Source: a bacterium | GTDB taxonomy: Bacteria; Patescibacteriota; Minisyncoccia; Phycocordibacterales; Phycocordibacteraceae | Direction of reading: 5' to 3' | Length of the DNA stretch: 44,160 bases | Assembly (NCBI GenBank): GCA_021789225.1 | Contig: JAJYJQ010000004.1 | Coordinates: 1-44,160, forward strand | Shown here: positions 9,250 to 18,736 of the stretch, piece by piece | How positions within the stretch are numbered: position 1 is the stretch's first letter | How the letters are laid out: each line of letters opens with the position of its first letter | The notes under the pieces: generated by a model | What the model saw: the letters and a program-made list of their open reading frames with translations, nothing else | Databases searched by the model: none | Told to the model about the DNA's origin: nothing | Made by a program: the position numbers and the translations under genes

Positions 9250-9714
9250 TTGAAGAAGAAACTGTATCTGTACCCCTGGTTGGCGGAATACCTGCCGGAA
9301 GACCGCGAGGTAACCCAGTATTCCATCCGCTCAGAATCAGAGCTGCGGAGCCTGCTGGACCACTATCCCACTGAAACGCAGGAGATCAGACTCCTGGATC
9401 AAGCCGGGCACATCATTACGCGCCAGAGAAAATGGAGTCGGTTGGAGAAAATCTTTCTCAGGCCGCCAACGGAGGAGAAACTGCTCGAGGGTATTGTCCC
9501 CGCTGGACGACCTGTCCGCCGGGTTGTCCACTGTCTTGAACACAAGGCAGACCACATCCGCTACGTGCTCGTGACCGACACGACAACGGCAAAGGTGTAT
9601 GTCGTGCCCAAGGGCATCTTGCTCCGAGTTTGGCTTCAGGAACCTGAACCGGTCACAGTACCCGTCCGGATGAATACCCTGATTCCCTCCCCGGCAACCA
9701 CTCAAGCAAAGTGA
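9250..9714 (+). CDS. Hypothetical protein, paralog of 6726..7310
   Basis: GGAGG SD before TTG; similarity to the 6726 gene. Confidence 0.7.
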   Translation: MKKKLYLYPWLAEYLPEDREVTQYSIRSESELRSLLDHYPTETQEIRLLDQAGHIITRQRKWSRLEKIFLRPPTEEKLLEGIVPAGRPVRRVVHCLEHKADHIRYVLVTDTTTAKVYVVPKGILLRVWLQEPEPVTVPVRMNTLIPSPATTQAK

Positions 9715-9732
9715 TTGCCCCAAGCCCATCGG

Positions 9733-9776
9733 AAAGCTCTCCTGCATGAACACGCGTGTTCATGCAGGAGAGCTTT
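9733..9776. repeat. Perfect 44-bp palindrome (likely terminator)
   Basis: AAAGCTCTCCTGCATGAACACG|CGTGTTCATGCAGGAGAGCTTT with no spacer. Confidence 0.85.
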
Positions 9777-9840
9777 GTATTTTGTGCGGGCAGTGCAAAA
9801 CGCGCGCGGCGGAGCCGCGCGCGTGCGCTACACTACACGC

Positions 9841-11679
9841 ATGTCCTTCCGTCCGCATTCAGAGCGCGCCCAGGAAGCCGCGCCGTTCGCTGCTGGCATC
9901 CGTGCTCTTGCCCACCCGGCGTTTCGCCTGCCGCTTCTCGTGCTCGCGTCCAGTGCGCTCGGCGCTTCGTTCCAGCTGCCGCTCCTCTACCTCGTCGCGA
10001 TAGCCGTCGGCATCGGCGTCATCCTCGTACACTCGTACCACGAAGTGCGCGATGACAATTTCTCGCTCGATTACATCGCCTTCCTCGCGCTTATCGTGAG
10101 CGCGGCGACCGGCGAATACCTCGCGGGCGCGGTCGTCGCGCTCATGTTTACCGGCGGCGAAGCGCTCGAAGCCTACGCGAGTGCACGCGCCTCGCAGTCG
10201 CTCGAAGCGCTCCTCGCGCGCATCCCGAAGCGTGCCCTCGTGAAGATGGAGCGCGGAGCGACCCGCGAGATACCGCTCGCGAGCGTCCCGGAGGGCGCCA
10301 CCATCATCGTGCGTCACGGCGAGCTTGTCCCGCTCGACGGGCAGCTCCTCTCTGCGTCTGCGATCCTGAACACCACCAATCTCACCGGCGAAGCGCTTCC
10401 CGAAACGATCCAGAAGGGCGCGTTCGTCAAAAGCGGCAGCGTAAACGAAGGCGAAGCGATCGAGCTCTCGGTCTCGGGCACGCTCAAGACCTCCACCTAC
10501 CACCGCATCGTCTCGCTCGTCGCCGACGCCAAGCGCGACCAGGCGCCCTTGGTACGCATCGCGGATCGCGCAAACATCCCCTTCACCATCATCACGCTCG
10601 TGCTCGCCACGGGGACGCTCCTCTTCACGCACGATATGTCGCGCGCGCTTGCGGTGCTCGTCATTGCGACGCCCTGCCCGCTCATCATCGCCGCACCGAT
10701 CGCCTTCATCGGCGGCCTTTCGCGCGCGGCACGCGCGAATATCATCGTGAAGCATCCGGCCGCGCTCGAGGCGCTCGCGCGGAGCTCGAAGCTTTTTTTC
10801 GATAAGACCGGCACGCTCACGCTCGGCACGCCACGGCTCGCACGTATCACGCTCTCCGCGCCCGACGCGACAGAAGCAGACGCACTCGCCTATGCCGCCG
10901 CGGTCGAATTCCACTCCATCCATCCGCTCGCGCGCGCTGTCGCCGCAGCTGCTGAAGAACGTCAGGTGCCCGTGCGCGTCGCCGTCAATGTGATCGAACA
11001 CATCGGCAAAGGCATCCACGGCACGGTCGACGGGGTCTCCGTATCGCTCGCGCAAGCTGTACAACCGCACACAGCTGATGACGGCATTGCGCTCGCGCTC
11101 ACGGTGGCGGGCACGCACTACGCCACGCTCTTTTTCGCGGACGAGCTCAAGACCGATGCGCGCGCCCTCCTCGGGATGCTCTCGACGCAAGGGTTCGAGA
11201 CCGCTGTCTTTACCGGCGATACTCGTGCGCGAGCCGAACATGTCTTCGGCAAGCTCCCGCTCACGATCTATGCCGACTGCACGCCAGAAGAAAAATATGC
11301 TCTGGTCGAGCGGGCGCGCCGCGACGGGACGAAAGTCGCGGTCGTGGGCGACGGCTTGAACGATGCGCCCGCGCTCGCGCGCGCTGATGTGGGTATCGTC
11401 TTCTCCGGCACGGAAAACAGCGCCGCGATCGAGGCGGCGAGCATCGTCGTACTCGGTAGCAACCTGCGGCATATCAGCACGCTCCTGCGCATCGCGCGCC
11501 GCTCGCTCGCACTCGCGAAGCAGAGCATCGTCGTGGGAATCGGTCTCTCGGTCTTCGGGATGGTGCTCGCCGCTGCAGGCTTCATCACGCCGATCGCGGG
11601 GGCAGTCATCCAGGAAGTCATCGATGTTGTCGTGATACTGAATGCGCTGCGAAGCGCGGGCAGCGCGCGCGACGCGTAG
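9841..11679 (+). CDS. Heavy-metal P1B-type ATPase (TPCP/QExxD, P1B-5-like)
   Basis: TGEA, ATPCP, DKTGTLT, SIHPLA, TGD, GDGLND, IQEVIDVVVILNALR; start at ATG 9841 six nt after TACACT. Confidence 0.9.
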   Translation: MSFRPHSERAQEAAPFAAGIRALAHPAFRLPLLVLASSALGASFQLPLLYLVAIAVGIGVILVHSYHEVRDDNFSLDYIAFLALIVSAATGEYLAGAVVALMFTGGEALEAYASARASQSLEALLARIPKRALVKMERGATREIPLASVPEGATIIVRHGELVPLDGQLLSASAILNTTNLTGEALPETIQKGAFVKSGSVNEGEAIELSVSGTLKTSTYHRIVSLVADAKRDQAPLVRIADRANIPFTIITLVLATGTLLFTHDMSRALAVLVIATPCPLIIAAPIAFIGGLSRAARANIIVKHPAALEALARSSKLFFDKTGTLTLGTPRLARITLSAPDATEADALAYAAAVEFHSIHPLARAVAAAAEERQVPVRVAVNVIEHIGKGIHGTVDGVSVSLAQAVQPHTADDGIALALTVAGTHYATLFFADELKTDARALLGMLSTQGFETAVFTGDTRARAEHVFGKLPLTIYADCTPEEKYALVERARRDGTKVAVVGDGLNDAPALARADVGIVFSGTENSAAIEAASIVVLGSNLRHISTLLRIARRSLALAKQSIVVGIGLSVFGMVLAAAGFITPIAGAVIQEVIDVVVILNALRSAGSARDA

Positions 11680-11745
11680 CGTCGCGCGCCTCATGTGTGG
11701 AAAAGCGCGGCCGCTTCGCGGCCGCGCTGCTATTGTGTAGACATC

Positions 11746-12111
11746 ATGAACTCATCTCTCCTCGAGTTTCGCGACCACGAAGATCGCCCGTGGGGCTCGT
11801 TTGACCGATTCACGCGCGACGAGCTCTCGACAGTGAAAATCATCCGCGTTGCGCCGAGCAAGCGCCTCTCCCTCCAACGACACTCGCATCGCAACGAGTT
11901 CTGGCACATCATCTCCGGGAGCGGCACTGCCACCATAGACGAACACGAGACCGCCGTCGCCCCTGGGGACGAGTTTGAGGTGCCCGCACGCACGCTCCAC
12001 CGCCTCGCAGCCGGGCCGGAAGGCCTCTCCTTGCTCGAAATCGCCTTCGGCCATTTCGATGAAAACGATATCGAGCGCTTTGAAGACGACTTCGGCCGCA
12101 CCACCCCATGA
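11746..12111 (+). CDS. Cupin, mannose-6-phosphate isomerase type II C-terminal-like
   Basis: RPWGSF, LSLQRHSHRNEFW, HRL, EI..G.FDE.DIERFEDDFGR. Confidence 0.85.
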   Translation: MNSSLLEFRDHEDRPWGSFDRFTRDELSTVKIIRVAPSKRLSLQRHSHRNEFWHIISGSGTATIDEHETAVAPGDEFEVPARTLHRLAAGPEGLSLLEIAFGHFDENDIERFEDDFGRTTP

Positions 12112-13319
12112 TTCTCGTACTCCTCGCCAACGTCGTCGCGCTCTTCTTCTCTGCATTCGTCGCGGGCGTCCTTGTCGGCGTCCTCCTGATCCCGAGCGTA
12201 CGCCGCACGGTTGCAGATGTGCTCTCACACGTGGCGGAGCGCCTACGGAGACGACCGGCACTCCTCCTCGCGCGCCCGACCGGCAAACCGATTCTCACGC
12301 CGCGCGCAAATCTCTGGGAAGACCAGGCGGTGCTGAATCCTGCCGCGCTCGACCTGGGTGGGCGCGTGCACCTCATCTATCGTGCCATCGGACGCGACGG
12401 CGTCTCGCGCTTCGGCTACGCGAGCAGCGCTGACGGATTCACGTTCGACCAGATCCTTCCCTATCCTGTGTTCGCGGTGCGCAATCCAGGCGGCCCGGGC
12501 GCCATACGACGCTACTCGCCCGTGCTCTACCCCTCCGGCGGCTCCTGGGGCGGCGCCGAAGACCCGCGCATGGTCGCCATAAACGGCCGCGTGTACGTGA
12601 CCTTCAACCTGTTCGATAACTGGCAAATGCGTGTCGGTTACATTTCACTAAGCGAAGAAGATTTCCTCGCGCACCGCTTCGAGCGTTGGGAGGGACCGTT
12701 TTATATCTCAGGCGGCAATCAGAACAAAAGCAACTCGCCTCTCTCGAGCAAGAATCGCGATAAGAACTGGACGCTCTTCCCTGAGAAAATCAATGGTGAG
12801 TTCGCGGTCCTCCATACAGTCATCGACGAAGACCCCAACCGTGTCCGCATCGAATACACCGACGCTTTGGAAACACTGCCCGAGAGAGAGTTCGATACCA
12901 TCGATCCGCAGAAAGTCCCTGATCAGCCGATCGCCTGGCACATCCACGTGCGGAGCGCCGGCCCGCCGCCGCTCAAGACACCCTATGGCTGGCTCGTGTT
13001 CTATCACGCTTCCTCACAAGATGAACCGCACATCGGCTACAAGCTCGGCGCAATGTTGCTCGATCTCGAGGATCCCACGAAAATCCTCCACCGTGCACCG
13101 CACCCGATTCTCGAACCGGATATGCCGTATGAAAATACCCATAAAGCTGTCGTCTATGCGTGCGGCGCATTGGTACGGGATGACCTCTTGTTTGTCTATT
13201 ATGGCGGTGGCGACCATATCGTTAGTGTCGCTACCGCACCCCTTGAAGAGTTTCTCCAAGCGCTCATGCGCGACGAAGCCCCCTCGCTCGCGACCGAGCC
13301 GCTTACCCGAGCCGCATAG
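12108..13319 (+). CDS. GH130 beta-mannoside phosphorylase/hydrolase-like, with N-terminal membrane anchor
   Basis: VLNPAA, YRA, GAEDPR, DKNW.LFPEKING, GPPPLKT..GWL, VVYACG, YYGGGD; ATGA overlap with the cupin gene. Confidence 0.85.
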   Translation: MILVLLANVVALFFSAFVAGVLVGVLLIPSVRRTVADVLSHVAERLRRRPALLLARPTGKPILTPRANLWEDQAVLNPAALDLGGRVHLIYRAIGRDGVSRFGYASSADGFTFDQILPYPVFAVRNPGGPGAIRRYSPVLYPSGGSWGGAEDPRMVAINGRVYVTFNLFDNWQMRVGYISLSEEDFLAHRFERWEGPFYISGGNQNKSNSPLSSKNRDKNWTLFPEKINGEFAVLHTVIDEDPNRVRIEYTDALETLPEREFDTIDPQKVPDQPIAWHIHVRSAGPPPLKTPYGWLVFYHASSQDEPHIGYKLGAMLLDLEDPTKILHRAPHPILEPDMPYENTHKAVVYACGALVRDDLLFVYYGGGDHIVSVATAPLEEFLQALMRDEAPSLATEPLTRAA

Positions 13320-13325
13320 CCTCGT

Positions 13326-15293
13326 ATGTTTACCGTCCGCCGCGAACCCGCCAACCCTATACTCTCCCCGCGCCGCGAGCACCCCTGGGAGGCAGTCGCC
13401 ACATTCAATCCTTCCGCCGTCCGTACGGAAGACGGCACGCGCATCTTTTATCGTGCCATGGGCAATCCGAACGCGCTCACGACGCCACACGCGAGCCTCT
13501 CGACCATCGGCACCGCGTTTGCCGAAGACAGCGTGCATTTCCATTCGCGCCGCCAGGTCATCATACCGACCGAGCCATGGGAGCAGTACGGCTGCGAAGA
13601 TCCGCGCGCGACCTTTTTCGAGGGCAAGTGGTACGTCTTCTACACCGCGCTCGGCGGCTATCCTTTCGGGCCGGACAATATAAAGGTGGCGGTCGCGGTC
13701 GGCGAGAACCCGGAGCATCTCGACGAGCACCATCTCGTCACCCCTTTCAATGCCAAAGCCGCGACGCTCTTCCCCGAGCGCATCGATGGCGACGTCGTCT
13801 TGATGCTCACCGCCCACACCGACTGGACGGCCGAATATCCGCGCCCTACTATCGGCATCGCACGAGCGAAGCGCATCGAGGAGTTCTGGGACAGTGCCTT
13901 TTGGGAACGCTGGCATGCCGAGCTTCCGCAGCACGCGCTCGCCGAGCTCAGGCGCGCTGACGACGACCACATGGAGGTCGGTGCGACCCCGCTCAAGACC
14001 GAGCAGGGCTGGCTCCTCATCTATTCCTACATCCAGCACTACTACGACGAACACCACCGCACGTTTGGCATCGAAGCAGCGCTCCTCGACCTGCAAAACC
14101 CGCAACGGCTCATCTCGCGCACGTACCCCTTCCTCGTCCCCGAAGAGGTGTATGAGCAGTACGGGCTTGTCCCCCACATCGTTTTTCCTTCCGGCGCGAC
14201 CGTCCACGACGACACGCTCGAGGTGTGGTACGGCGCTGCCGACACGGTTTGTGCTAAAAGTTCCATCCGCCTCCCCGATCTTCTGCGCGCGCTCGACCCA
14301 GCGCGCCCCGCACGCACCCTCACGCGCGCCGAAGAGAATCCGATCCTCGAGCCGCGCGGAAACGGCTTTGAGGAAGCGGCCGTTTTCAATCCTGCCGCGC
14401 TCGACCTCGACGGTTCCGTACACATTTTTTATCGCGCCATGGGCAGCGATAACACCTCGGTCATCGGCTACGCACGCTCCGAGGACGGCATTCATGTCAC
14501 CGAGCGCCTCACCGAGCCTGTGTATGTACCGCGCGCTGAGTTTGAGCAGAAGAAAGGCGACTCGCACGGCAACTCCGGCTGCGAAGACCCGCGCCTCGCG
14601 GTAATCGGCGATCGCCTCTACATGACCTACACCGCCTACGACGGCGTGCGTCCGCCGCGCGGTGCAGTCACCTCGATCTCGCTCGACGACTTCCGCGCGC
14701 GCAGCTTCGACCGCTGGGACCTGCCGGTGCTCATTACGCCAGACAACGTGGATGACAAGGACGTCGGCTTGCTTCCCGAGCGTATCGGCGAAAATTTCCT
14801 GCTCTACCACCGCATCGCAAACCGCATCTGCGCAGACCTCCTTCCCGACCTCGCACAAGGCAAACGCGTCTCGCGCTGCATCGAGATCATGGGGCCGCGC
14901 GAGGGCATGTGGGATTCTGCGAAGGTCGGCATCGCCGCACCACCACTCAAGGTCGAAGATGGTTGGCTTTTGATTTACCATGGTGTCTCACATCGCGGAC
15001 GTTATCGCCTGGGCGCGGCACTCCTCGACACAGACGGCATAACGCTCCTCGCGCGCACCGCCGACCCCATCTTCGAGCCAGTCGAACCCTACGAACAAAG
15101 CGGCACGATTAACAATGTCGTTTTTGCCTGCGGCGCCGTCGCACGCGGCGATACGCTCTTTGTGTACTATGGCGGCGGCGACCGTGTCGTCGGCGTCGCG
15201 ACTGGGAGCGTGAGCCACATCCTGCGCGCGCTGCGCGCAGATGAGCGTCGCCCATATGCCATCCCAACATACTCTCCCCATGTCACTACCTGA
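13326..15293 (+). CDS. Tandem two-domain GH130 protein
   Basis: Two repeats of NPIL.P...FNP.A...YRAMG...GCEDPR...GWLLIY...VF..GA...YG..D. Confidence 0.85.
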   Translation: MFTVRREPANPILSPRREHPWEAVATFNPSAVRTEDGTRIFYRAMGNPNALTTPHASLSTIGTAFAEDSVHFHSRRQVIIPTEPWEQYGCEDPRATFFEGKWYVFYTALGGYPFGPDNIKVAVAVGENPEHLDEHHLVTPFNAKAATLFPERIDGDVVLMLTAHTDWTAEYPRPTIGIARAKRIEEFWDSAFWERWHAELPQHALAELRRADDDHMEVGATPLKTEQGWLLIYSYIQHYYDEHHRTFGIEAALLDLQNPQRLISRTYPFLVPEEVYEQYGLVPHIVFPSGATVHDDTLEVWYGAADTVCAKSSIRLPDLLRALDPARPARTLTRAEENPILEPRGNGFEEAAVFNPAALDLDGSVHIFYRAMGSDNTSVIGYARSEDGIHVTERLTEPVYVPRAEFEQKKGDSHGNSGCEDPRLAVIGDRLYMTYTAYDGVRPPRGAVTSISLDDFRARSFDRWDLPVLITPDNVDDKDVGLLPERIGENFLLYHRIANRICADLLPDLAQGKRVSRCIEIMGPREGMWDSAKVGIAAPPLKVEDGWLLIYHGVSHRGRYRLGAALLDTDGITLLARTADPIFEPVEPYEQSGTINNVVFACGAVARGDTLFVYYGGGDRVVGVATGSVSHILRALRADERRPYAIPTYSPHVTT

Positions 15294-18200
15294 CTGCATA
15301 GTCTTCGACCTCGACAGCACGCTTGCCAAAAGCAAGCAGCCGATCGAGCCTGCGATGGCGGCAGCGCTCACCCGACTCCTCGCACGCATCAAGATCGCCG
15401 TCATTTCGGGCGGGAAGCTTGAGCAGCTTACGAAGCAAGTCGCTGACCGGCTGCCTCCGCACGCCGCGCGCGGAAATCTTTTCCTGCTCCCCACCTCCGG
15501 TGCCGCGCTCTACGCATATCGCACCGGCACCTGGACGCGCATATACCAAGAGGCGCTCTCACCCGACGAAGCAGCGAGCATACGTGCCGCGCTTCTTTCC
15601 GCAAACGAAGAGACCCACACGGTCGATTTCGGCACACCCGCACACGGCGAGCGCATCGAGTTCCGCGGCTCGCAGGTTTCATTCTCTGCGCTCGGGCAAG
15701 AGGCACCGCTTGCAGAAAAGCTTGCATGGGACCCGACGCGCGCGAAGCGCGAAGCGCTTCGCGCGGCACTCGAAGCGCGCCTGCCCGGATTCGAGGTGCG
15801 CATCGGCGGCACCACGACCATCGACATCACCAAGAAAGGTATCGACAAGGCGTATGGCGTCCGCCGGCTCTCCGAGCACCTGCACGTGCCCATCGACCGC
15901 ATGGAATATGTGGGCGACCAGCTTTACGAGGGAGGCAACGATGCGGTCGTCACGGCGACCGGCATCCCTACGCACGCTGTCACCGACCCCACGGACACGC
16001 TTCAGTACCTCACGCCTCTCCTCGCGCGCGCACCAGTAGCGCCGTCGCAGGGCCAGACCGGCCTCACGACAGCCGAGGCGCGACTCATCCGCGAGAAGGT
16101 CGGCGCGAACGTGCTCGAAGAAGCGCGTCCGGGCGTGTTCGGGAAATTCGTCTCGTGGACACTCACGCCGATTTCGCTGATGCTCGTGGCCGCGGCAGCG
16201 CTTTCGTTTGCTGCCGGCAAGATTCCCGATGGCTGGTTGACTCTTTTCCTCTTCGCAGCGAATTTCGGCATCCGCCTCTGGCACGAAGGCAAAGCCGATC
16301 ACGCCATCGCGAAGCTCCAGGAGAACCTCGCCGTCTCCTGCCGCGTGGAGCGCGATGGAGATTGGCAGAAGCTCCCTGCGACCGAACTCGTCCCGGGCGA
16401 CCTCGTCATGCTGTCGGTCGGTGCCATCGTGCCGGCGGACGCGACCGTACTCACCCAGACCAATCTCTCACTCAATGAGTCGATGCTTACCGGGGAGTCG
16501 CTTCCGCGCGAGCGCAGTGTCGGCGAGACGCTCTACTCCGGCTCATTCGTCGCGACCGGCAACGCGCTCGCCCTCATAACTGCCACCGGTACGCGCACCT
16601 ACTTCGGCAAGACGCTCGCTTCCGTCGAGCACGCCAAGAAACGCAGCGCGCTCGAAACGGACATCCTCTCGATCTCGCGCTTCCTTTCCATCTTCTCGCT
16701 GGTCGCCATCGCTATCCTCTCTGTCGTTCTGTTGCAGAATGCGAGCACCAAACTCATCGAGATCGCGACCCTCGACCTTTCGCTCCTCATCGCCGGCATC
16801 CCGGTCACGCTCCCGACAGTCATGAGCCTCATCATCAGCGTCGGCGTCCTCGAACTCGCCAAGCAGCGAGCCGCTGTGCGTCGCCTCTCCTCGCTCGAAG
16901 ACCTCGCCAATGTCGACCTCCTCCTTACCGATAAGACCGGTACGCTCACGGAAAACCGCATCACGGTCGATCGCGTGCTCGTGCTCGAGGGACAAGACGA
17001 ACGAGACGTCCTCGAGCTCGCCGTTTCTGCCACCGACCCCGCCGAAGGAAACGCGCTTGAGGACGCCGTCATCACGAGCGCACGTGCCGCGCTCGCCGCT
17101 CGCTTGCCACAGTCCTCCTTCACGCCAGGCGATTCGGAGCGCAAGCGGAGCACAGCCATCGTGACGCGCGCGGGCGTGCCATGGGTCGTCACGCTCGGGG
17201 CCCCGAGCACCGTGCGCGCGCTGTGCGATTTCCGCTCCGTCGACCTGGCGAAACGCTTTGACGAAGCGGTAGCGGAAGCAGCGGCGCGCGGCGACCGCGC
17301 GCTCGCGGTCGCCGCGCGCGAGGGCGCGCACGAAGCAGGCCTCAGGCCGATCGGTCTTCTTTTCCTCGCAGACACGCTCCGTGCCGACGCGAAGGAAACT
17401 ATCGCCGCCATGCGCGACCAAGGCATCACCGTCAAGATGCTCACCGGGGACGATGCCGCGATCGCTCGCCAAGTCTCGCATACGCTCGGGCTCGAAGGCG
17501 ACATCGCATCACGCACCGTCTTCGACTCATCACAAGCCCTCGACGCAGCATTCGAACAGGCTGCCGGATTCGCCAACGTACTCCCGGAAGACAAATACCT
17601 TGCCGTCGAACAAGCGAAAAAATCGCATGTCGTCGCCGTGACAGGCGATGGCGTGAACGACGTCCCGCCCGTCAAAGCGGCCGATGTCGGCATCGCCGTG
17701 AAGAACGCGGTGGACGCGCTGCGCTCGACCGCCGATATCGTCCTCCTCACGAACGGCATCGCGGTCGTGCAAGACGCCATCATCGAGGCGCGGAAAGTCT
17801 TCTCGCGCGTCTATCACTACTCGGTCTACCGTATTTCCGAGAGCTCGCGCCTCATCCTCACGATCGGCATCATCGGCGTCGTGGCGGGTGACTATCCGCT
17901 CACGCCCATACAGATCATCCTCCTCGCGCTCTTGAACGACATCCCCATCGTCTCACTCGCCTTTGATCGCGTCCACGCGCCACGTGTACCCGCCACCATC
18001 GACGTGAAGCGCCGCTTCCTCCTGGGCACGGTCTACGGCTTCACCGGCGTCTTAAACAGCGTGCTCATGCTCTGGCTCGCGCTCTCCGTCCTTCACCTGC
18101 CGTGGCCACAGATCCAGACGCTCTTCTTCTTGAAGCTCGTCGTCTCCGGCCACCTGCTCATCTATATCGCACACACCGACCACCGCTGGTTCCGCTTCCT

Positions 18201-18435
18201 CCCGAGCTGGCAGGTCATCACCGCTGTCACCGCGACACAGCTCCTGGCGACCGCCTGGGCGCTCTCCGGCCTCTTTACTGCCGCCATCCCGTTCTGGGTC
18301 GCGGCGTTCGTGTGGGTATGGGCCTTCTTCTGGATGCAGACTGCCGAGCTCGGCAAGATGCTCGTTGCCCGCGCCGCCAAGCCGAAACAAGCCTCCATGG
18401 AGCTCGCAGTTGCCGCGCTCGCGCGCGAGGCGTAG
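15280..18435 (+). CDS. Fusion of HAD-IIB phosphomannomutase-like domain and P3A-type H+-ATPase
   Basis: N-terminal FDLDSTL, ISGG, IEFRG, IGGTTTIDIT.KGIDK, GD..YEGGND; C-terminal GLT..EA, TGES, IPV.LP, DKTGTLT, MLTGD, GDGVND, YRI (TM5), LLND (TM6); single frame; upstream ATGs at 15241 and 15256 are possible. Confidence 0.85.
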   Translation: MSLPDCIVFDLDSTLAKSKQPIEPAMAAALTRLLARIKIAVISGGKLEQLTKQVADRLPPHAARGNLFLLPTSGAALYAYRTGTWTRIYQEALSPDEAASIRAALLSANEETHTVDFGTPAHGERIEFRGSQVSFSALGQEAPLAEKLAWDPTRAKREALRAALEARLPGFEVRIGGTTTIDITKKGIDKAYGVRRLSEHLHVPIDRMEYVGDQLYEGGNDAVVTATGIPTHAVTDPTDTLQYLTPLLARAPVAPSQGQTGLTTAEARLIREKVGANVLEEARPGVFGKFVSWTLTPISLMLVAAAALSFAAGKIPDGWLTLFLFAANFGIRLWHEGKADHAIAKLQENLAVSCRVERDGDWQKLPATELVPGDLVMLSVGAIVPADATVLTQTNLSLNESMLTGESLPRERSVGETLYSGSFVATGNALALITATGTRTYFGKTLASVEHAKKRSALETDILSISRFLSIFSLVAIAILSVVLLQNASTKLIEIATLDLSLLIAGIPVTLPTVMSLIISVGVLELAKQRAAVRRLSSLEDLANVDLLLTDKTGTLTENRITVDRVLVLEGQDERDVLELAVSATDPAEGNALEDAVITSARAALAARLPQSSFTPGDSERKRSTAIVTRAGVPWVVTLGAPSTVRALCDFRSVDLAKRFDEAVAEAAARGDRALAVAAREGAHEAGLRPIGLLFLADTLRADAKETIAAMRDQGITVKMLTGDDAAIARQVSHTLGLEGDIASRTVFDSSQALDAAFEQAAGFANVLPEDKYLAVEQAKKSHVVAVTGDGVNDVPPVKAADVGIAVKNAVDALRSTADIVLLTNGIAVVQDAIIEARKVFSRVYHYSVYRISESSRLILTIGIIGVVAGDYPLTPIQIILLALLNDIPIVSLAFDRVHAPRVPATIDVKRRFLLGTVYGFTGVLNSVLMLWLALSVLHLPWPQIQTLFFLKLVVSGHLLIYIAHTDHRWFRFLPSWQVITAVTATQLLATAWALSGLFTAAIPFWVAAFVWVWAFFWMQTAELGKMLVARAAKPKQASMELAVAALAREA

Positions 18436-18444
18436 TTATACACA
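18436..18444 (+). promoter_or_regulatory. Single DnaA-box-like 9-mer
   Basis: TTATACACA matches TTATNCACA; similar single boxes at 24675-24683 and 36831-36839. Confidence 0.3.
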
Positions 18445-18595
18445 CCCGCAACATTGCATCCTTGTGCTGTTTATGTCATACTCACGATAACTCGCAGTGT
18501 CTCTTGAGCTTTGCGGCCCTCGTGCCCCAGAAGCGTTCGGTACCCGGCGAGGGTTATCAAGTTCACAGCCATTTTCAAGCAATGCTTTCACAATG

Positions 18596-18698
18596 GTGCG
18601 CTTCTGAATTTCGAGCGAGAAACGAGTCGGAACGCGAAGTGTATCCGAGATACATTGAGCGTGAGACGAGGTTTCGCAGCCGAAATTCAGAAGCGCAC
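18596..18698. repeat. 103-bp palindromic element (family A) upstream of the RRM gene
   Basis: Perfect 18-bp inverted repeat GTGCGCTTCTGAATTTCG/CGAAATTCAGAAGCGCAC enclosing the TGTATC-cga-GATACA hairpin. Confidence 0.8.
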
Positions 18699-18736
18699 GT
18701 GGAATGATTGATTGAGAAGGGCGTTACTACGCATCC

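Noticed and set aside
9859-11694. 611-aa ORF antisense to the P1B ATPase (likewise 13014..14981, 26320..28215, 38975..39802 and many shorter ones)
   Set aside because: Shadow ORFs overlapping well-supported genes in high-GC DNA.
12709-12762. Short polar insert GGNQNKSNSPLSSKN in the first GH130
   Set aside because: The DNA is not palindromic or repeated; probably an ordinary loop.
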